Source: an uncultured Clostridium sp. (GTDB taxonomy: Bacteria; Bacillota; Clostridia; TANB77; CAG-508). Taken from it: a stretch of DNA of 64,000 nucleotides. The translations under genes were made by a program, and so were the position numbers. Positions 10,512-23,075 of the stretch are shown here, in pieces; position 1 is the stretch's first letter; every line of letters begins with the position of its first letter. The notes under the pieces are model-generated. The model saw nothing but the letters and a program-made list of their open reading frames with translations, did not search any database and was not told where the DNA came from. The stretch is from positions 161,548 through 225,547 of the forward strand of contig CAMBEE010000001.1 of the NCBI GenBank assembly GCA_945865665.1, written 5' to 3'.

Positions 10512-10766
10512 TTAACAGTCACATGAAATTAATTGTTGATGGCATTTTGGACAAATTTCACAATCACATCCTGCATGATGATAATTTCCTAATAATGCAT
10601 TACAATCATGACATCTAAATTCCTCGTCTTCTGTTCCATCATAGAAATCATATTTATCTCCAACTGCTATTCTATTATATACATTTGAATCATTTAAAAT
10701 AAGCTGGTTTGTATCACAACCATCACATTCTAACATATCTTTGTTACAATATTCACATTTTGCCAT
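10512..10766 (-). CDS. Small Cys-rich Zn-binding protein
   Basis: CEYC, CDGC, CHDC, HHAGCDCEICPKC, SCDC. Confidence 0.75.
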   Translation of the reverse strand: MAKCEYCNKDMLECDGCDTNQLILNDSNVYNRIAVGDKYDFYDGTEDEEFRCHDCNALLGNYHHAGCDCEICPKCHQQLISCDC

Positions 10767-10805
10767 AATCTTTTACTCCTCTATTTTCTATATATTGCTC
10801 TAATT

Positions 10806-11264
10806 TTATGTTTTATATCTATTTATTAACTCCAATAAAAAGTCCCATTTTTTATCTTTACTATTTTGAGCAAAATTAGTTTTCATTTCATATATAATTT
10901 TTCCGTTACTTTCAGATATTTTTTTAATTGTTATCTCATTTGTTGATTGATTTACATTTTTTTCAATTTTATATAATTTTTCATCTTCCTTATCTATAGA
11001 AAATTTAATATAAAATTGCGTTTCTCTGATTTCACTTTCTTCTTTTAATTCTATAAATTCTATACTTAATGGATAACTCTCTAATTCTAAAAAATTTAAA
11101 CTTATTAATTTTTCCTTTTCCTCTGATGTCAAATTAGATAAAGATATCTCTGTTTTATGCATTCTAACTGTATCGTAGAAAATCCAACCTAAATATAATA
11201 CCCCAATAGTAAAAATAATTAATATAATAATTATCAAAAGTTTAATTGAATGTTTCATACTCAA
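10806..11264 (-). CDS. Membrane-anchored hypothetical protein
   Basis: N-terminal TM helix; RBS AGGAG. Confidence 0.65.
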   Translation of the reverse strand: MSMKHSIKLLIIIILIIFTIGVLYLGWIFYDTVRMHKTEISLSNLTSEEKEKLISLNFLELESYPLSIEFIELKEESEIRETQFYIKFSIDKEDEKLYKIEKNVNQSTNEITIKKISESNGKIIYEMKTNFAQNSKDKKWDFLLELINRYKT

Positions 11265-11486
11265 TCTCCTATATTTTATAAATTAATATTATTTTCTATT
11301 TTAATTATTTCATTTTTATTAACATTTGTTATATTCTTTGATAAATTATATCACATTATAATATCTTTGTCTTTAATTTATAAATATAAACTATAAGAAT
11401 TTTTGTATTATAAAAAGTTTCATTTTTTATATTTTACCATAAAAAAATAAACTCAAAATGTTTTTCCATTTCAAGTTTATTTTTTG

Positions 11487-12638
11487 TTATTTTTCAATAA
11501 GATTATGTGGATCTTCAATTAATTGTGATATTTGCTTTTTAGCACTATTCCATATGCTTCCACCTATTATTTCTCCAGTTGTAGCATCTACATAATAAAC
11601 ATATCTTTCCGGATAATCGTATTTATAATAGTCATAATAAATCGTTACTTCCCAAACTTTTCTTACACGATTATCAACTTTGTAGAATTCAGCATCCTCT
11701 TTTATTTTATATGTTCCGTTTTCATCTGGTTCAAAATTAATGGTTCCTTTTTCATAATCTTCTAAATTCTTTTCTCTATATACAACATCTGTATTCATTT
11801 TATCAATTCCAATTTCTGCTTCAGTAGATGCTATATTATATCTTGTTTCAATTTTTTTATCCTTTTCTGTTGCAATTTTTATAGCATCTTCTTTTGAAAT
11901 TTTTTGTTCATTATTTTCGTATTTAGAATTTTCTATATTCAAACTATATAAACCATTTATTGTTGGAACCCATCCGATTGATATTTTTTCATACTGATTA
12001 TATAAATCTCCATATTTTTTATAAAAATCAGCATACCATATATAAGAAGCTTCATCATTTTCCATATTCCTTTTAAGTGATACTAATTCATATTCATCAG
12101 AATTATTATTAGGATTATATTTTAATAATAATTCTTTTGCTGTCCTTCTTGCTTCTTCTCTTGTTATTCCGTAATTATATGGAATTTTATAATTATATGA
12201 TGGAATATTTAGACTTTGAAAATTCCCTTTACTATCCATCTGCATTGTTCCTTTTGTGAACCCTATATCCCATATAACATCATTTCCTCGCCAACTTTTC
12301 ATTAATCCTAATCCACTTATTTCATCTTCTAATCCAATTTTTCTTAAATATTCTTCTGCTTTTTTTCTCGCTTCTTCTTCGCTAATCGCGTTTTCTTTGT
12401 CCTTTTCAGTAACTTCATAAGAAAATTCATATTTTTCAGGTTGTTTCCATATTTTTTCATATATTGCATTTCCTGTTGCATATACTAATCCTCCTGTAAC
12501 TGTTGTTGTAATAACAAATGTTGCAACTAATTTTGGGATATTTTTATTTGTTTTCTTTATATTTTCCTTTTCAAATTCACATGCAGCAATTTTCATTCTT
12601 GATTTTGATAAAATATTGTTCATTATTTTCTTATCCAT
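11487..12638 (-). CDS. Anti-sigma-like membrane protein with PepSY-like repeats
   Basis: Overlaps the ECF sigma stop; TM helix; repeated ISEEEARKKA / ITREEARRTA / ISKEDAIKIA; YVDATTGEII. Confidence 0.75.
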   Translation of the reverse strand: MDKKIMNNILSKSRMKIAACEFEKENIKKTNKNIPKLVATFVITTTVTGGLVYATGNAIYEKIWKQPEKYEFSYEVTEKDKENAISEEEARKKAEEYLRKIGLEDEISGLGLMKSWRGNDVIWDIGFTKGTMQMDSKGNFQSLNIPSYNYKIPYNYGITREEARRTAKELLLKYNPNNNSDEYELVSLKRNMENDEASYIWYADFYKKYGDLYNQYEKISIGWVPTINGLYSLNIENSKYENNEQKISKEDAIKIATEKDKKIETRYNIASTEAEIGIDKMNTDVVYREKNLEDYEKGTINFEPDENGTYKIKEDAEFYKVDNRVRKVWEVTIYYDYYKYDYPERYVYYVDATTGEIIGGSIWNSAKKQISQLIEDPHNLIEK

Positions 12639-13182
12639 TATAACTGTACCCTCTTTTCTCTAATATTTTTTTAATTTTCTTTCTAATTCTACAGAGTCTT
12701 GATTTTATCTTGTTTTCTTTTATATTTAATATTTTTGCAATTTCTTTCATTGACTTTGAATTATAATAATATAAAACAAAAATATCTTTATCTTCTTGTT
12801 CCATATTATTTACTATCATAATAATCATATTTTCTTTTTCTGCTTTTTCAACTTTTAATTCTGTACTTTCTACTTCAAATAAACTGTTTTGATAGTCATC
12901 TATATTCATATTGCTTTTTCTATCTCTCATTTTCTTATTATATAAATTCTTTGTAATTCCAGCTAAATATGATGATAAATCTTTATTTATGTCTAATTTT
13001 TCTTGATTTTTCCAGAGTGATAAAAATACATCAGATATTATTTCTTCTATATCTTCTTCTGTTAATTCAGAAGATTTGTTTTTTATGATAGTATAAATAT
13101 ATGGAGTATAATTTTCTATTACTTTTTCTATGTTTAATTTATTATTATTGATATAACTTTTTATTAGATTACTTTCATTCAT
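12631..13182 (-). CDS. ECF sigma factor
   Basis: EDIEEIISDVFLSLW region 2; SMKEIAKILNIKENKIKSRL region 4; RBS AAGGAG before ATG 13182. Confidence 0.92.
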   Translation of the reverse strand: MNESNLIKSYINNNKLNIEKVIENYTPYIYTIIKNKSSELTEEDIEEIISDVFLSLWKNQEKLDINKDLSSYLAGITKNLYNKKMRDRKSNMNIDDYQNSLFEVESTELKVEKAEKENMIIMIVNNMEQEDKDIFVLYYYNSKSMKEIAKILNIKENKIKSRLCRIRKKIKKILEKRGYSYNG

Positions 13183-13340
13183 TTTAGAGATCTCCTTATA
13201 CATCTTCATCTATATATTACCATTTTTTTGATAAAGGTTACCATTTATTATTAAATTTTTTTATTATAAAAGAAGAATAGATTATAATTTCTATTCTTCT
13301 TTTATAAATTAGTAAATAAATTGTGTTATTATTTATATTT

Positions 13341-14966
13341 TTATACTTTATCGTTATTTTCTACATTAACTAATATATCTGTATTATCAACTTTTAATGC
13401 AAAATATGGTTTTGTTTTATCTTCTTCTTTTAAGAATAAAATAAAATCATTATTAAAAATAAATTCTCTACCTTTTTCTAATAAAGCACTTTTAAATGCC
13501 TCTATTAAAGCTTCACTTTTTACACTACCACCATAATTATTTAACTCAAAATCAATTGTTTGAAGAGCTTGTGCAATATACCAATCTGTATTTTTTATAT
13601 ATCTACCACATAATTCATCATAATTTATTTCATCTTTTACTTTTATGAATGGAATATTTAAAATATCATTTTTGTTCCATGTTTTTTCTCCATTATATTT
13701 AGATTGTTTTACTTGCATTTCTTTATAGTTTTCTTCAAATGATTTATTTTCTCCTGTTGTTCTATATAGGTATACTTCTTCTCCCTCTTTTGTTTTTAAC
13801 TTAATTGCAAAATCTTCTTTTGAATTATAAAACAATATTTCTATATTTTTACTTGCAACTTGTTCTGTATCTGGTTCTATTCCAAAATATTTTACTTTTT
13901 CTTTTGAATCTCCAAAAGTATTTTCATTTAAAGTTGGAAATTTTTCTAAAAAGTTAAATTCTTTTTTTAACATTGCATATAATACATATCCTTCACCTTT
14001 TTTCCAGTCACATTTATCTATAATGCTACTAGTTTCATTAAATTTTTGTTTTATTCCTTGCTCTATCTGATTTTTTAATGTTAAATTTTCTTTTCCGTGT
14101 ATTTTGAAATATGAATTTTTATTTAATTGTTCAACTGTGAATGTTTGTTTATTTAGTTCGTCTGCTAAAGCAGAATATCCATCTTCAAATTCTATTTTAT
14201 CCCCAATAACATCATTCATAAAGTCATTCCATACTAAATTAAATGTTCCAACCCATACTTTATTTGTATCTATTGATGATATTTTACTTGTATATGTAGG
14301 TGTCATTTCAGCCTTTTCTTTAATATTTTGTGAAATTTTTATTGTAGCATATACAACTCCTGACAATATAATACCTACACATAATACAATAATAAATATT
14401 TTTGAAACTTTATTCATTTCATCAAATCCTTTCTTTAGCAGGATTTTTCTCAATTGTTTTTTTCCTCTATGAATTAGATTTTTTGTATTTTGTAGAGTTT
14501 CTCCTAATATTTTAGAAGTTTCTTCATAAGATAATCCTTCAATATTTACAAGATAAATAGCATTTTTATATCTTTCATCTAAAAGTTCTATTGATTCTAA
14601 TAGTTCTCTTTTAGTTTCTTCATTTGTAATAACATCTAACACGTCTTTTTCAATTTGCTCATCATCTTCTTTAAGAAATGTTTCTGTTATATCTTTTCTT
14701 CTTTTTTCAGTGTTAATATAATTTATTGCTTTACTCCTTGCCACAAGATAAATATAGTATTTAAAAGAACTATTTTCTCTCATTTGGTGTTGTATAACAT
14801 ATATAAAAGTTTCTTGAGCTATATCCTCTGCTTTTTGATAATCTTTTACAATATTAAATATAAAATATTCAATTCTACTTTTATATTTGTTATATAGAAT
14901 TTCAAATGCTTCTTTTTCTCCATTCAAATAATCATTGTACAATTTTTTATCTAAATCTTTCTCCAT
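13341..14966 (-). CDS. ECF sigma factor fused in frame to a TM helix and a serpin-like extracellular domain
   Basis: AEDIAQETF, GLSYEETSKIL..HRGKKQL; TM IFIIVLCVGIILSGVVYA; C-terminus resembles the serpin fold end. Confidence 0.8.
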   Translation of the reverse strand: MEKDLDKKLYNDYLNGEKEAFEILYNKYKSRIEYFIFNIVKDYQKAEDIAQETFIYVIQHQMRENSSFKYYIYLVARSKAINYINTEKRRKDITETFLKEDDEQIEKDVLDVITNEETKRELLESIELLDERYKNAIYLVNIEGLSYEETSKILGETLQNTKNLIHRGKKQLRKILLKKGFDEMNKVSKIFIIVLCVGIILSGVVYATIKISQNIKEKAEMTPTYTSKISSIDTNKVWVGTFNLVWNDFMNDVIGDKIEFEDGYSALADELNKQTFTVEQLNKNSYFKIHGKENLTLKNQIEQGIKQKFNETSSIIDKCDWKKGEGYVLYAMLKKEFNFLEKFPTLNENTFGDSKEKVKYFGIEPDTEQVASKNIEILFYNSKEDFAIKLKTKEGEEVYLYRTTGENKSFEENYKEMQVKQSKYNGEKTWNKNDILNIPFIKVKDEINYDELCGRYIKNTDWYIAQALQTIDFELNNYGGSVKSEALIEAFKSALLEKGREFIFNNDFILFLKEEDKTKPYFALKVDNTDILVNVENNDKV

Positions 14967-15153
14967 TTTATACCTGCTTTCATTTATATATAACAGCTAC
15001 ATTTATAAAAGTTTCATATTTTTTATATTTTATTACTTTTATATAAAAAAATAAAGATTATATTCAATCTTTATTTTTTTAATTTTCTATTTTTAATCAT
15101 AAAAATGCATGTTATTAAAAATACCATAAAGAACAAATAATTATCTGCACTAC

Positions 15154-16224
15154 TTATTTTTCTTTTACTAATTCAATAATTACTTCATCACCATTTGTTT
15201 TAAATACATGTACTTTTAAAGTATCTGTTGCATCATAATTTGTTAAATTAAATGTATTATAATATCTTACAATTCCATCTTCTTTAACACTTATTTCTCC
15301 ATCACCATCTGACCTACGTGCAGGATAAAATTTTCTTCCATCAGATGTTTCAACACACTCATTTTCATTATGTGCAATTTCATTACAGTTACTTAAATAT
15401 ATTTTAAATGCAGAATTAGATACTTTCGCATCTTCAAATTTATAATTGTTATCACTAATAGAAACTAATTTGTAATGAACTAGATTAGATTTTGCCATTT
15501 GACTAGGTACATCTATTTCAAAAATCCATTCTCCTGTATAAATCACATTTTTTTCTTTGTTGTTTTCCCAATAACTATTTCTTATTTTATTAAATGTTAC
15601 TTTCAATTTTTGAGATTTGGGAAATTCTACTGGATTTCCTGTTGCAGTCAAATAAAATTTTATCTCATTATCATTTATTTTCTGACTATGTTCACTATAT
15701 GCACCTTTATAGCTATCATAATTTTCTCTTGCCTCTTGTTCTGTTTTATATAATGCTGTCATTTCTTCTGATTCAAGTTCTCTTGTTGCAAAAACTTTTT
15801 CATTTTTCTCATTTACTACTTTTAAGTCCATTATATCTATTCTTCCATTATCTGATAACATATCTTGCAAATTATAACTACTATCAAATTTTATATTTAC
15901 ATTCATATCAAAGTTATTATCATCTATTAAGAAAGACTCTATACTTGTACTAATTCCATTTGCTTCTTTATATTCAGTATTTACATCACTATAATATCCA
16001 TTATTGATAGCAGTTTGGACACCATCGCTACTATTGGCTCCAAATTTACTAATTATTTGTGTTGTGGCAAATACAACTCCTGTCATTGAAAGTGCAATAC
16101 ATGCTGCAATTCCAATACCTTTTCCAATATTAAATTTACTTTTATTCATTACTATATCCTCCTCTTTTACATTAGATATAGCTATTTTCATTTTTACTTT
16201 TTCAAAAATTTTATTGTTATTCAT
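15154..16224 (-). CDS. Anti-sigma-like membrane protein (DUF4179-like)
   Basis: Follows an ECF sigma; IAACIALSMTGVVFA TM; GVQTAINNGY; GEWIFEIDVP. Confidence 0.75.
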   Translation of the reverse strand: MNNNKIFEKVKMKIAISNVKEEDIVMNKSKFNIGKGIGIAACIALSMTGVVFATTQIISKFGANSSDGVQTAINNGYYSDVNTEYKEANGISTSIESFLIDDNNFDMNVNIKFDSSYNLQDMLSDNGRIDIMDLKVVNEKNEKVFATRELESEEMTALYKTEQEARENYDSYKGAYSEHSQKINDNEIKFYLTATGNPVEFPKSQKLKVTFNKIRNSYWENNKEKNVIYTGEWIFEIDVPSQMAKSNLVHYKLVSISDNNYKFEDAKVSNSAFKIYLSNCNEIAHNENECVETSDGRKFYPARRSDGDGEISVKEDGIVRYYNTFNLTNYDATDTLKVHVFKTNGDEVIIELVKEK

Positions 16225-16229
16225 ATTAT

Positions 16230-16754
16230 CTAACCTTTCTTTATTTTATTTCTAATTCTGTATAGTCTTTGCTTTACACTAAATTCAGAAATCTTTTGTT
16301 CCTTAGCTATATCTTTTATTGATTTAGAAGAATAATAAAAGTCTAAAAATACCTTTTTATCAATTTCTTTCATATTTTTTAGTTTCTTTTCTATTTTACT
16401 AATTTCTTCTATACTATTATCGAGAAGGTCAATTTTATCATAACTATATAAACTATTTTCATAATCAGAAATATCAAAGTTAACTTTAATTTTTCTTAAA
16501 TATTCTTTTACTACATTTCTTGTTATTCCTGCAATATATGAACTTAAATATTTGTTAATATTTAACTTGTTCATATTTTTCCATAGTATAAAAAATACCT
16601 CAGAAATAATTTCTTCTTTATCCTCATTATTCAAATTATCTCTTGCCATATTATTTATAATAGTAGCAATGTAAGATGAATACTCATTTATTATTTTTTC
16701 TAAATCAAGTTCATTATTTTTTATATAATGTTTTATTTCTTTACAATCATTCAA
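16230..16754 (-). CDS. ECF sigma factor
   Basis: EDKEEIISEVFFILW; SIKDIAKEQKISEFSVKQRLYR; paralog of 12631..13182. Confidence 0.92.
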   Translation of the reverse strand: MNDCKEIKHYIKNNELDLEKIINEYSSYIATIINNMARDNLNNEDKEEIISEVFFILWKNMNKLNINKYLSSYIAGITRNVVKEYLRKIKVNFDISDYENSLYSYDKIDLLDNSIEEISKIEKKLKNMKEIDKKVFLDFYYSSKSIKDIAKEQKISEFSVKQRLYRIRNKIKKG

Positions 16755-16863
16755 TTTAGATCTAAACTCCTTTTTTTATTTTAAGATATCTTACATCTAT
16801 ATATTGATAATTTTTTTAAAAAAGTAACACTTTTAAAAAAAGAAGAGAATAATCTCCTCTATA

Positions 16864-18747
<1,884 letters not shown>

Positions 18748-18834
18748 ACTTGTAATTTGTCTTTCAAGTACAATAGCATAAAAGAGAGCATTTATCAATA
18801 ACTGCTCTCATACTTGTAATTTATGAAATTAATA

Positions 18835-19068
18835 TTATTTCTTCAATAATTCTTTTATTTCATCTTTTTTAGGTATTCTACCTTGAACTACTACTTTTTC
18901 ATCAACTATTAATGCAGGTGTTCTCATAACTCCATATTCCATTATTTTTGCCATATCTTCTACTTTTTCAATAGTAGCTTCTATACCTAATTCTTTTACT
19001 GCCTCTTGTGCATTCTCATATAATTTCACACAATTACAACAACCCATTCCTAAAACTTTAATATTCAT
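18835..19068 (-). CDS. Thioredoxin-like small redox protein (MTH895 family)
   Basis: IKVLGMGCCNC, YGVMRTPALIVD. Confidence 0.9.
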   Translation of the reverse strand: MNIKVLGMGCCNCVKLYENAQEAVKELGIEATIEKVEDMAKIMEYGVMRTPALIVDEKVVVQGRIPKKDEIKELLKK

Positions 19069-19090
19069 AATAAAATTCCTCACTTTCTAT

Positions 19091-20122
19091 TTATATAATT
19101 AAAAAACCAAATATATTAAATATATAACCTATCAAGATAATTCCTACTGTTATTATACCTGCAAATATCCCTAATAATTTATTTTTCATTACTTGTTTTA
19201 ACATTACCATTGATGGAATTGATAAAGCTGTTACTCCCATCATAAAAGTAAGTACAGTTCCTATTCCTGTTCCTTTAAGTACCAATGCTTCAGCTATTGG
19301 CATTGTTCCAAATATATCTGCATACATTGGGACTCCAACTATTGCTGCTAAAATTGGTGCGAATATATTTCCAGTTCCTAAAATATTTTCAACTATTGTT
19401 TGTGGAATCCAGTTATGAATTACTGCACCTATTCCAACACCTAACAATACATATTTCCATACCTTTGTAAATATATTTTTTACTTGCTCTTTTGCATATT
19501 GTACTCTTTCCTTTTTAGTAGGCTCAACTTCTTGTGTTTCTCCGACTTTCATATCAAATACATAATCTTGTATGTATTTTTCTAGTTTTAGTTTACCTAT
19601 TAACATTCCACCTATTATTGCAAGTACTACTCCAACTAATACATATGCAATAGCAACTTTCCATCCAAACATAGAAGCTAGAAGTACAATAGATGCCAAA
19701 TCTACAAATGGAGATGATATTAAAAAGCTAAATGTTACTTCCATTGGAAGTCCTGCTTTTACAAAGCTGATGAATATTGGAATACTTGAACAACTACAAA
19801 ATGGAGTTACTGTCCCAAGTAATGCTCCTAATGTTGCACCTTTTACACCTTTTAATTTACTCAATATTCTTTTTGTTTTTTCTGGTGTAAATTTACTTTC
19901 AATATATGAGAATATGAAAATTAAAACTGATAATAAAGTAATAATTTTAATCGAATCATATATAAAAAATTGTAGGCTACCTCCGATTTTTCCTAATATA
20001 TCAGTATCATTAATTGGTAATCTAAAAATATTATTAACAATCCAAGCAATTAACTCAGAAAGCCAAGTCATTCTTAAGAACACATCATTTAGAGTACTGA
20101 AAAATTGTGATATATACTGCAT
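19091..20122 (-). CDS. ArsP/DUF318-family permease
   Basis: TPFCSCSSIP, FLISSP, GVPMYAD; multiple TM helices; downstream of ArsR. Confidence 0.9.
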   Translation of the reverse strand: MQYISQFFSTLNDVFLRMTWLSELIAWIVNNIFRLPINDTDILGKIGGSLQFFIYDSIKIITLLSVLIFIFSYIESKFTPEKTKRILSKLKGVKGATLGALLGTVTPFCSCSSIPIFISFVKAGLPMEVTFSFLISSPFVDLASIVLLASMFGWKVAIAYVLVGVVLAIIGGMLIGKLKLEKYIQDYVFDMKVGETQEVEPTKKERVQYAKEQVKNIFTKVWKYVLLGVGIGAVIHNWIPQTIVENILGTGNIFAPILAAIVGVPMYADIFGTMPIAEALVLKGTGIGTVLTFMMGVTALSIPSMVMLKQVMKNKLLGIFAGIITVGIILIGYIFNIFGFLII

Positions 20123-20210
20123 ATCAAAGAACTCCTTTCTTATAATTAACTATATAGACAAGTATCAATATATTATTTTAAAATATAACACCTTTTATAA
20201 GGTGTATATT

Positions 20211-20516
20211 TTACCTTTTACAAATGCAATCTTTTTTATCATTTGAAATAACTTGTAAAAATTCGGTTATTTCTTTCATTTTTTCATCATTTAATTTATA
20301 GTGTATCCAGTTTGCCTCTTTTCTTGATGTTACTATTCCATTATCTGCTAATACCTTTAAATGATGTGATAATGTTGGTTGTGTTATATCAAATTTTTCT
20401 AAAATTTTGCATACACACATTTCTCCACAAGAAAGCATATCTATTATTTGTAATCTATTTGAATCAGATAATACTTTAAAAATTTCGGCTTTTTCAGCAT
20501 ACTGTTGTTTCTCCAT
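20211..20516 (-). CDS. arsR: ArsR/SmtB-family transcriptional regulator
   Basis: FKVLSDSNRLQII, GEMCVCKI, ITQPTLSHHLKVL. Confidence 0.92.
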   Translation of the reverse strand: MEKQQYAEKAEIFKVLSDSNRLQIIDMLSCGEMCVCKILEKFDITQPTLSHHLKVLADNGIVTSRKEANWIHYKLNDEKMKEITEFLQVISNDKKDCICKR

Positions 20517-20548
20517 TTTTACTTTCCTTTCAAATTTGAGTTGTTTCT

Positions 20549-20568
20549 ATATAGATAATCATCTATAT
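20549..20568. promoter_or_regulatory. Probable ArsR operator (a second related copy at ~20152-20171)
   Basis: ATATAGATAATCATCTATAT palindrome upstream of arsR; ATATAGACAAGTATCAATAT upstream of the permease. Confidence 0.55.
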
Positions 20569-20640
20569 GTTATTATATTCAAAAAGAAAAAAAATGCAAC
20601 CTTTTTTGAAAAAAATTGCATTTTTTATTCTATATATTTT

Positions 20641-21153
20641 TTAATGCTCTGCATCTTCTTTAGTTCTATGAACTGTTCCTTTTGGATGTTGAGGAGGTGC
20701 ATATATTGAATATAACTTTATTGGTACATTTCCTATATTAGTAAGATTATGCCATTTTCCTGCTGGTATTACAATAGCAAAATCATCACATACTTTTCTT
20801 TCAAAATTAAGATTATTTTTATTATCGCCCATTTGAACTAAACCAAATCCTTGCTCAATTCTAATAAACTGGTCTAAATTGGGATGCATTTCTAATCCAA
20901 TACTTTCTCCTACATTTATACTCATTAATGTAATTTGTAAATGTTGTCCTGTCCATAATGCTGTACGAAAATTTTTGTTTTGCTTTGTTACTTCATTTAT
21001 ATTTATGACAAATGGTTCTGCTCCATAATCTTTTATATAATATGGATTCATCCTGTTATAATCCATATTATAATAGTTCATATAGCCATATACATCATCA
21101 TATTGTCTATAATTATCATAATAGTTTTTATATAAATCATTCATATTATACAT
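20641..21153 (-). CDS. Cupin domain protein with Tyr/Asn/Met-rich N-terminus
   Basis: FRTALWTG.HLQITLMSI, IGLEMHP, PAGKWHNL, YSIYAPPQHP. Confidence 0.9.
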   Translation of the reverse strand: MYNMNDLYKNYYDNYRQYDDVYGYMNYYNMDYNRMNPYYIKDYGAEPFVININEVTKQNKNFRTALWTGQHLQITLMSINVGESIGLEMHPNLDQFIRIEQGFGLVQMGDNKNNLNFERKVCDDFAIVIPAGKWHNLTNIGNVPIKLYSIYAPPQHPKGTVHRTKEDAEH

Positions 21154-21184
21154 TTAATTAATTTCCTTTCATATATTACTTATA

Positions 21185-21863
21185 TTATATAGGTGTTCCT
21201 TCAAAATATTCAAGTGATTTAACAATACATGTTTTTACTTCATCTCTTTTTTTATCAATTGTTAATCTTGCATAAAACTTTTTACTATAATGTAATCTCA
21301 TTAAAAATAAGTTTATTGTAAATACTTCACCATGCTTATTTATTAATTTAAAATCTTCTTTCCAATCGACTTGTGCGGATTTACCAATTACTGGTTTAAC
21401 CCTTATAGATGCAGGTTGTTTTCTTTTGTCTTTATTTTTATTTACATAGTTTCTTATCGAACTATATGAACCTACATATCCTTTTTCAACCTTTAAAAAA
21501 TAAAATATAGAATATGCTGTTATACCAGGTATCGTTTCCAATTTACTATCTATAATTTCAATATAATCATCTAGTATACTTTGTCTTTCTCTAGCTTTAG
21601 GTTCAATACCTTTTTCTTTATCCAATTCTTGCTGATATATTTTCTTTGCCGTTCTATAATCACATCCATATTCACGACCTAATGCTGCAAAATTAGGTTT
21701 TATATTCAATCTTATCAGCTCCTTTAACATATTTCTTAATTTATTATCTTTTTCTATATTCATGTTTACAATCACCTCTAGGATAATTTTACCACGATAG
21801 AAAAATGTAGGAAAACCGACATATAAATTTGTCATAATCCTACATTTTATTTTACCATTTACA
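21185..21863 (-). mobile_element. istA: Truncated IS21-family element (left end plus 5' part of istA, 21185..21763)
   Basis: KPNFAALGREYGCDYRTAK, GYVGSYSSIR, AQVDWKE; ends at FEGTP; terminal TGTAAATGGTAAAATAAAATGTAGGA at 21863; no istB. Confidence 0.85.
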
Positions 21864-22144
21864 GCTTTCTGCGATCCCTTCGGTTTTCTACAAACATTTT
21901 ACAAACATTACACAATTATTCTACAACTACATTTTCAGATACAATCACGATTTCCGGTCACCGGAAAAAGTAACTTTCTTCACACATTTGTTACTTCTGA
22001 TACTTCCCCAGATTTAGAGATCCATAAATTTATTTTTTGAAAAGTGCCAATTTTGAGCCGTTTTTCACTGAAAAAACCTTGTAACAAATTAACTCATATT
22101 TGTTACCACTCTTTTTTATAATTTTGAAGGAGGATTTTCCAATT

Positions 22145-22543
22145 ATGAATTGTTACCAAGATAACAACAATATCGCTGACACTTCCGGGAACCTACGCAA
22201 GAATATGTCAGATAAGGAACTGCAACAGAAACTCACAATCGAAACCAATCCCCAGACGCAGCTGCGAATTCTGATCGAACTGAATACACGCCAAGCCAGA
22301 CAAATCACTGCCCTTACAAATCGAATTGCCATTCTGGAAGATAAGGCATTGAAAAAAGCCGGGAGAAAACGTGTGCCTATCTATCTGGACGGTAGGGAAT
22401 TGACCGATGATGATATCCTTTACTACATTGACGAGGATTACTATACAATCGTAGAATTAGAACGTGTTACCAAAGCTCCTAAAAACCTGATTCGCAATCG
22501 GTATAATAGAGCCAAGAAGAAGCAACGGATTGCTAAAGAATAA
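22145..22543 (+). CDS. Hypothetical protein (coiled coil, AGRK motif), higher-GC segment
   Basis: RBS AAGGAGG before ATG 22145. Confidence 0.65.
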   Translation: MNCYQDNNNIADTSGNLRKNMSDKELQQKLTIETNPQTQLRILIELNTRQARQITALTNRIAILEDKALKKAGRKRVPIYLDGRELTDDDILYYIDEDYYTIVELERVTKAPKNLIRNRYNRAKKKQRIAKE

Positions 22544-22555
22544 TGCTTATATCAT

Positions 22556-22597
22556 AAATACCGCCGAACGGAAGAACCTTTCCGTTCAGCGGTATTT
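22556..22597. terminator. Bidirectional terminator
   Basis: AAATACCGCCGAACGGAAG / CTTTCCGTTCAGCGGTATTT inverted repeat between convergent genes. Confidence 0.7.
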
Positions 22598-22618
22598 AGC
22601 AGATTTTGTTCGCTTCAC

Positions 22619-23053
22619 TTATAACTCTTTCTTAAAGCAGATAATTCTGCCTGCTTCAATAAATCCCATAGCCATATGAAAATGCAAACTATCTTCATTG
22701 TCTAATTCGCAATCACTAGCAAATTCCGTACATCCCTTTTCTTTTGTCCATTTTTCGCACTCCGTCAATATTTCTTTTGCAAAACCTCTGTGACGAAATT
22801 CCTCTTTTACAAAAATCCCCTCTAAATATCCAACCGGCGATGAATCCGTACCTTCTACATAATCATATCTCAGTTGGCATTCTGCAAATCCTACCGGCTC
22901 ACTATCAACATACTTGATGAAATATTGAGCATCTTCTTTTGCCATATTATCGGAAATATCATCAATTAATTCTTGTATAGTATCTACATCCCACATTTGG
23001 ACTGCTAATTCTGCAATAACAGTTATATCATCTTTTTTAGCCTTCTTTACCAT
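22619..23053 (-). CDS. aac(6'): Aminoglycoside 6'-N-acetyltransferase, AAC(6')-I type
   Basis: LRYDYVEGT.SSPVGYLEGIFV, EFASDC, FHMAMGF. Confidence 0.9.
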   Translation of the reverse strand: MVKKAKKDDITVIAELAVQMWDVDTIQELIDDISDNMAKEDAQYFIKYVDSEPVGFAECQLRYDYVEGTDSSPVGYLEGIFVKEEFRHRGFAKEILTECEKWTKEKGCTEFASDCELDNEDSLHFHMAMGFIEAGRIICFKKEL

Positions 23054-23075
23054 AGCAAACTCTCCTTACTCTTAT

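Noticed and set aside
22525-22543. In-frame CGG near the end of ORF 22145..22543
   Set aside because: It lies in a higher-GC, probably foreign segment four sense codons from the stop, so it is uninformative about recoding.
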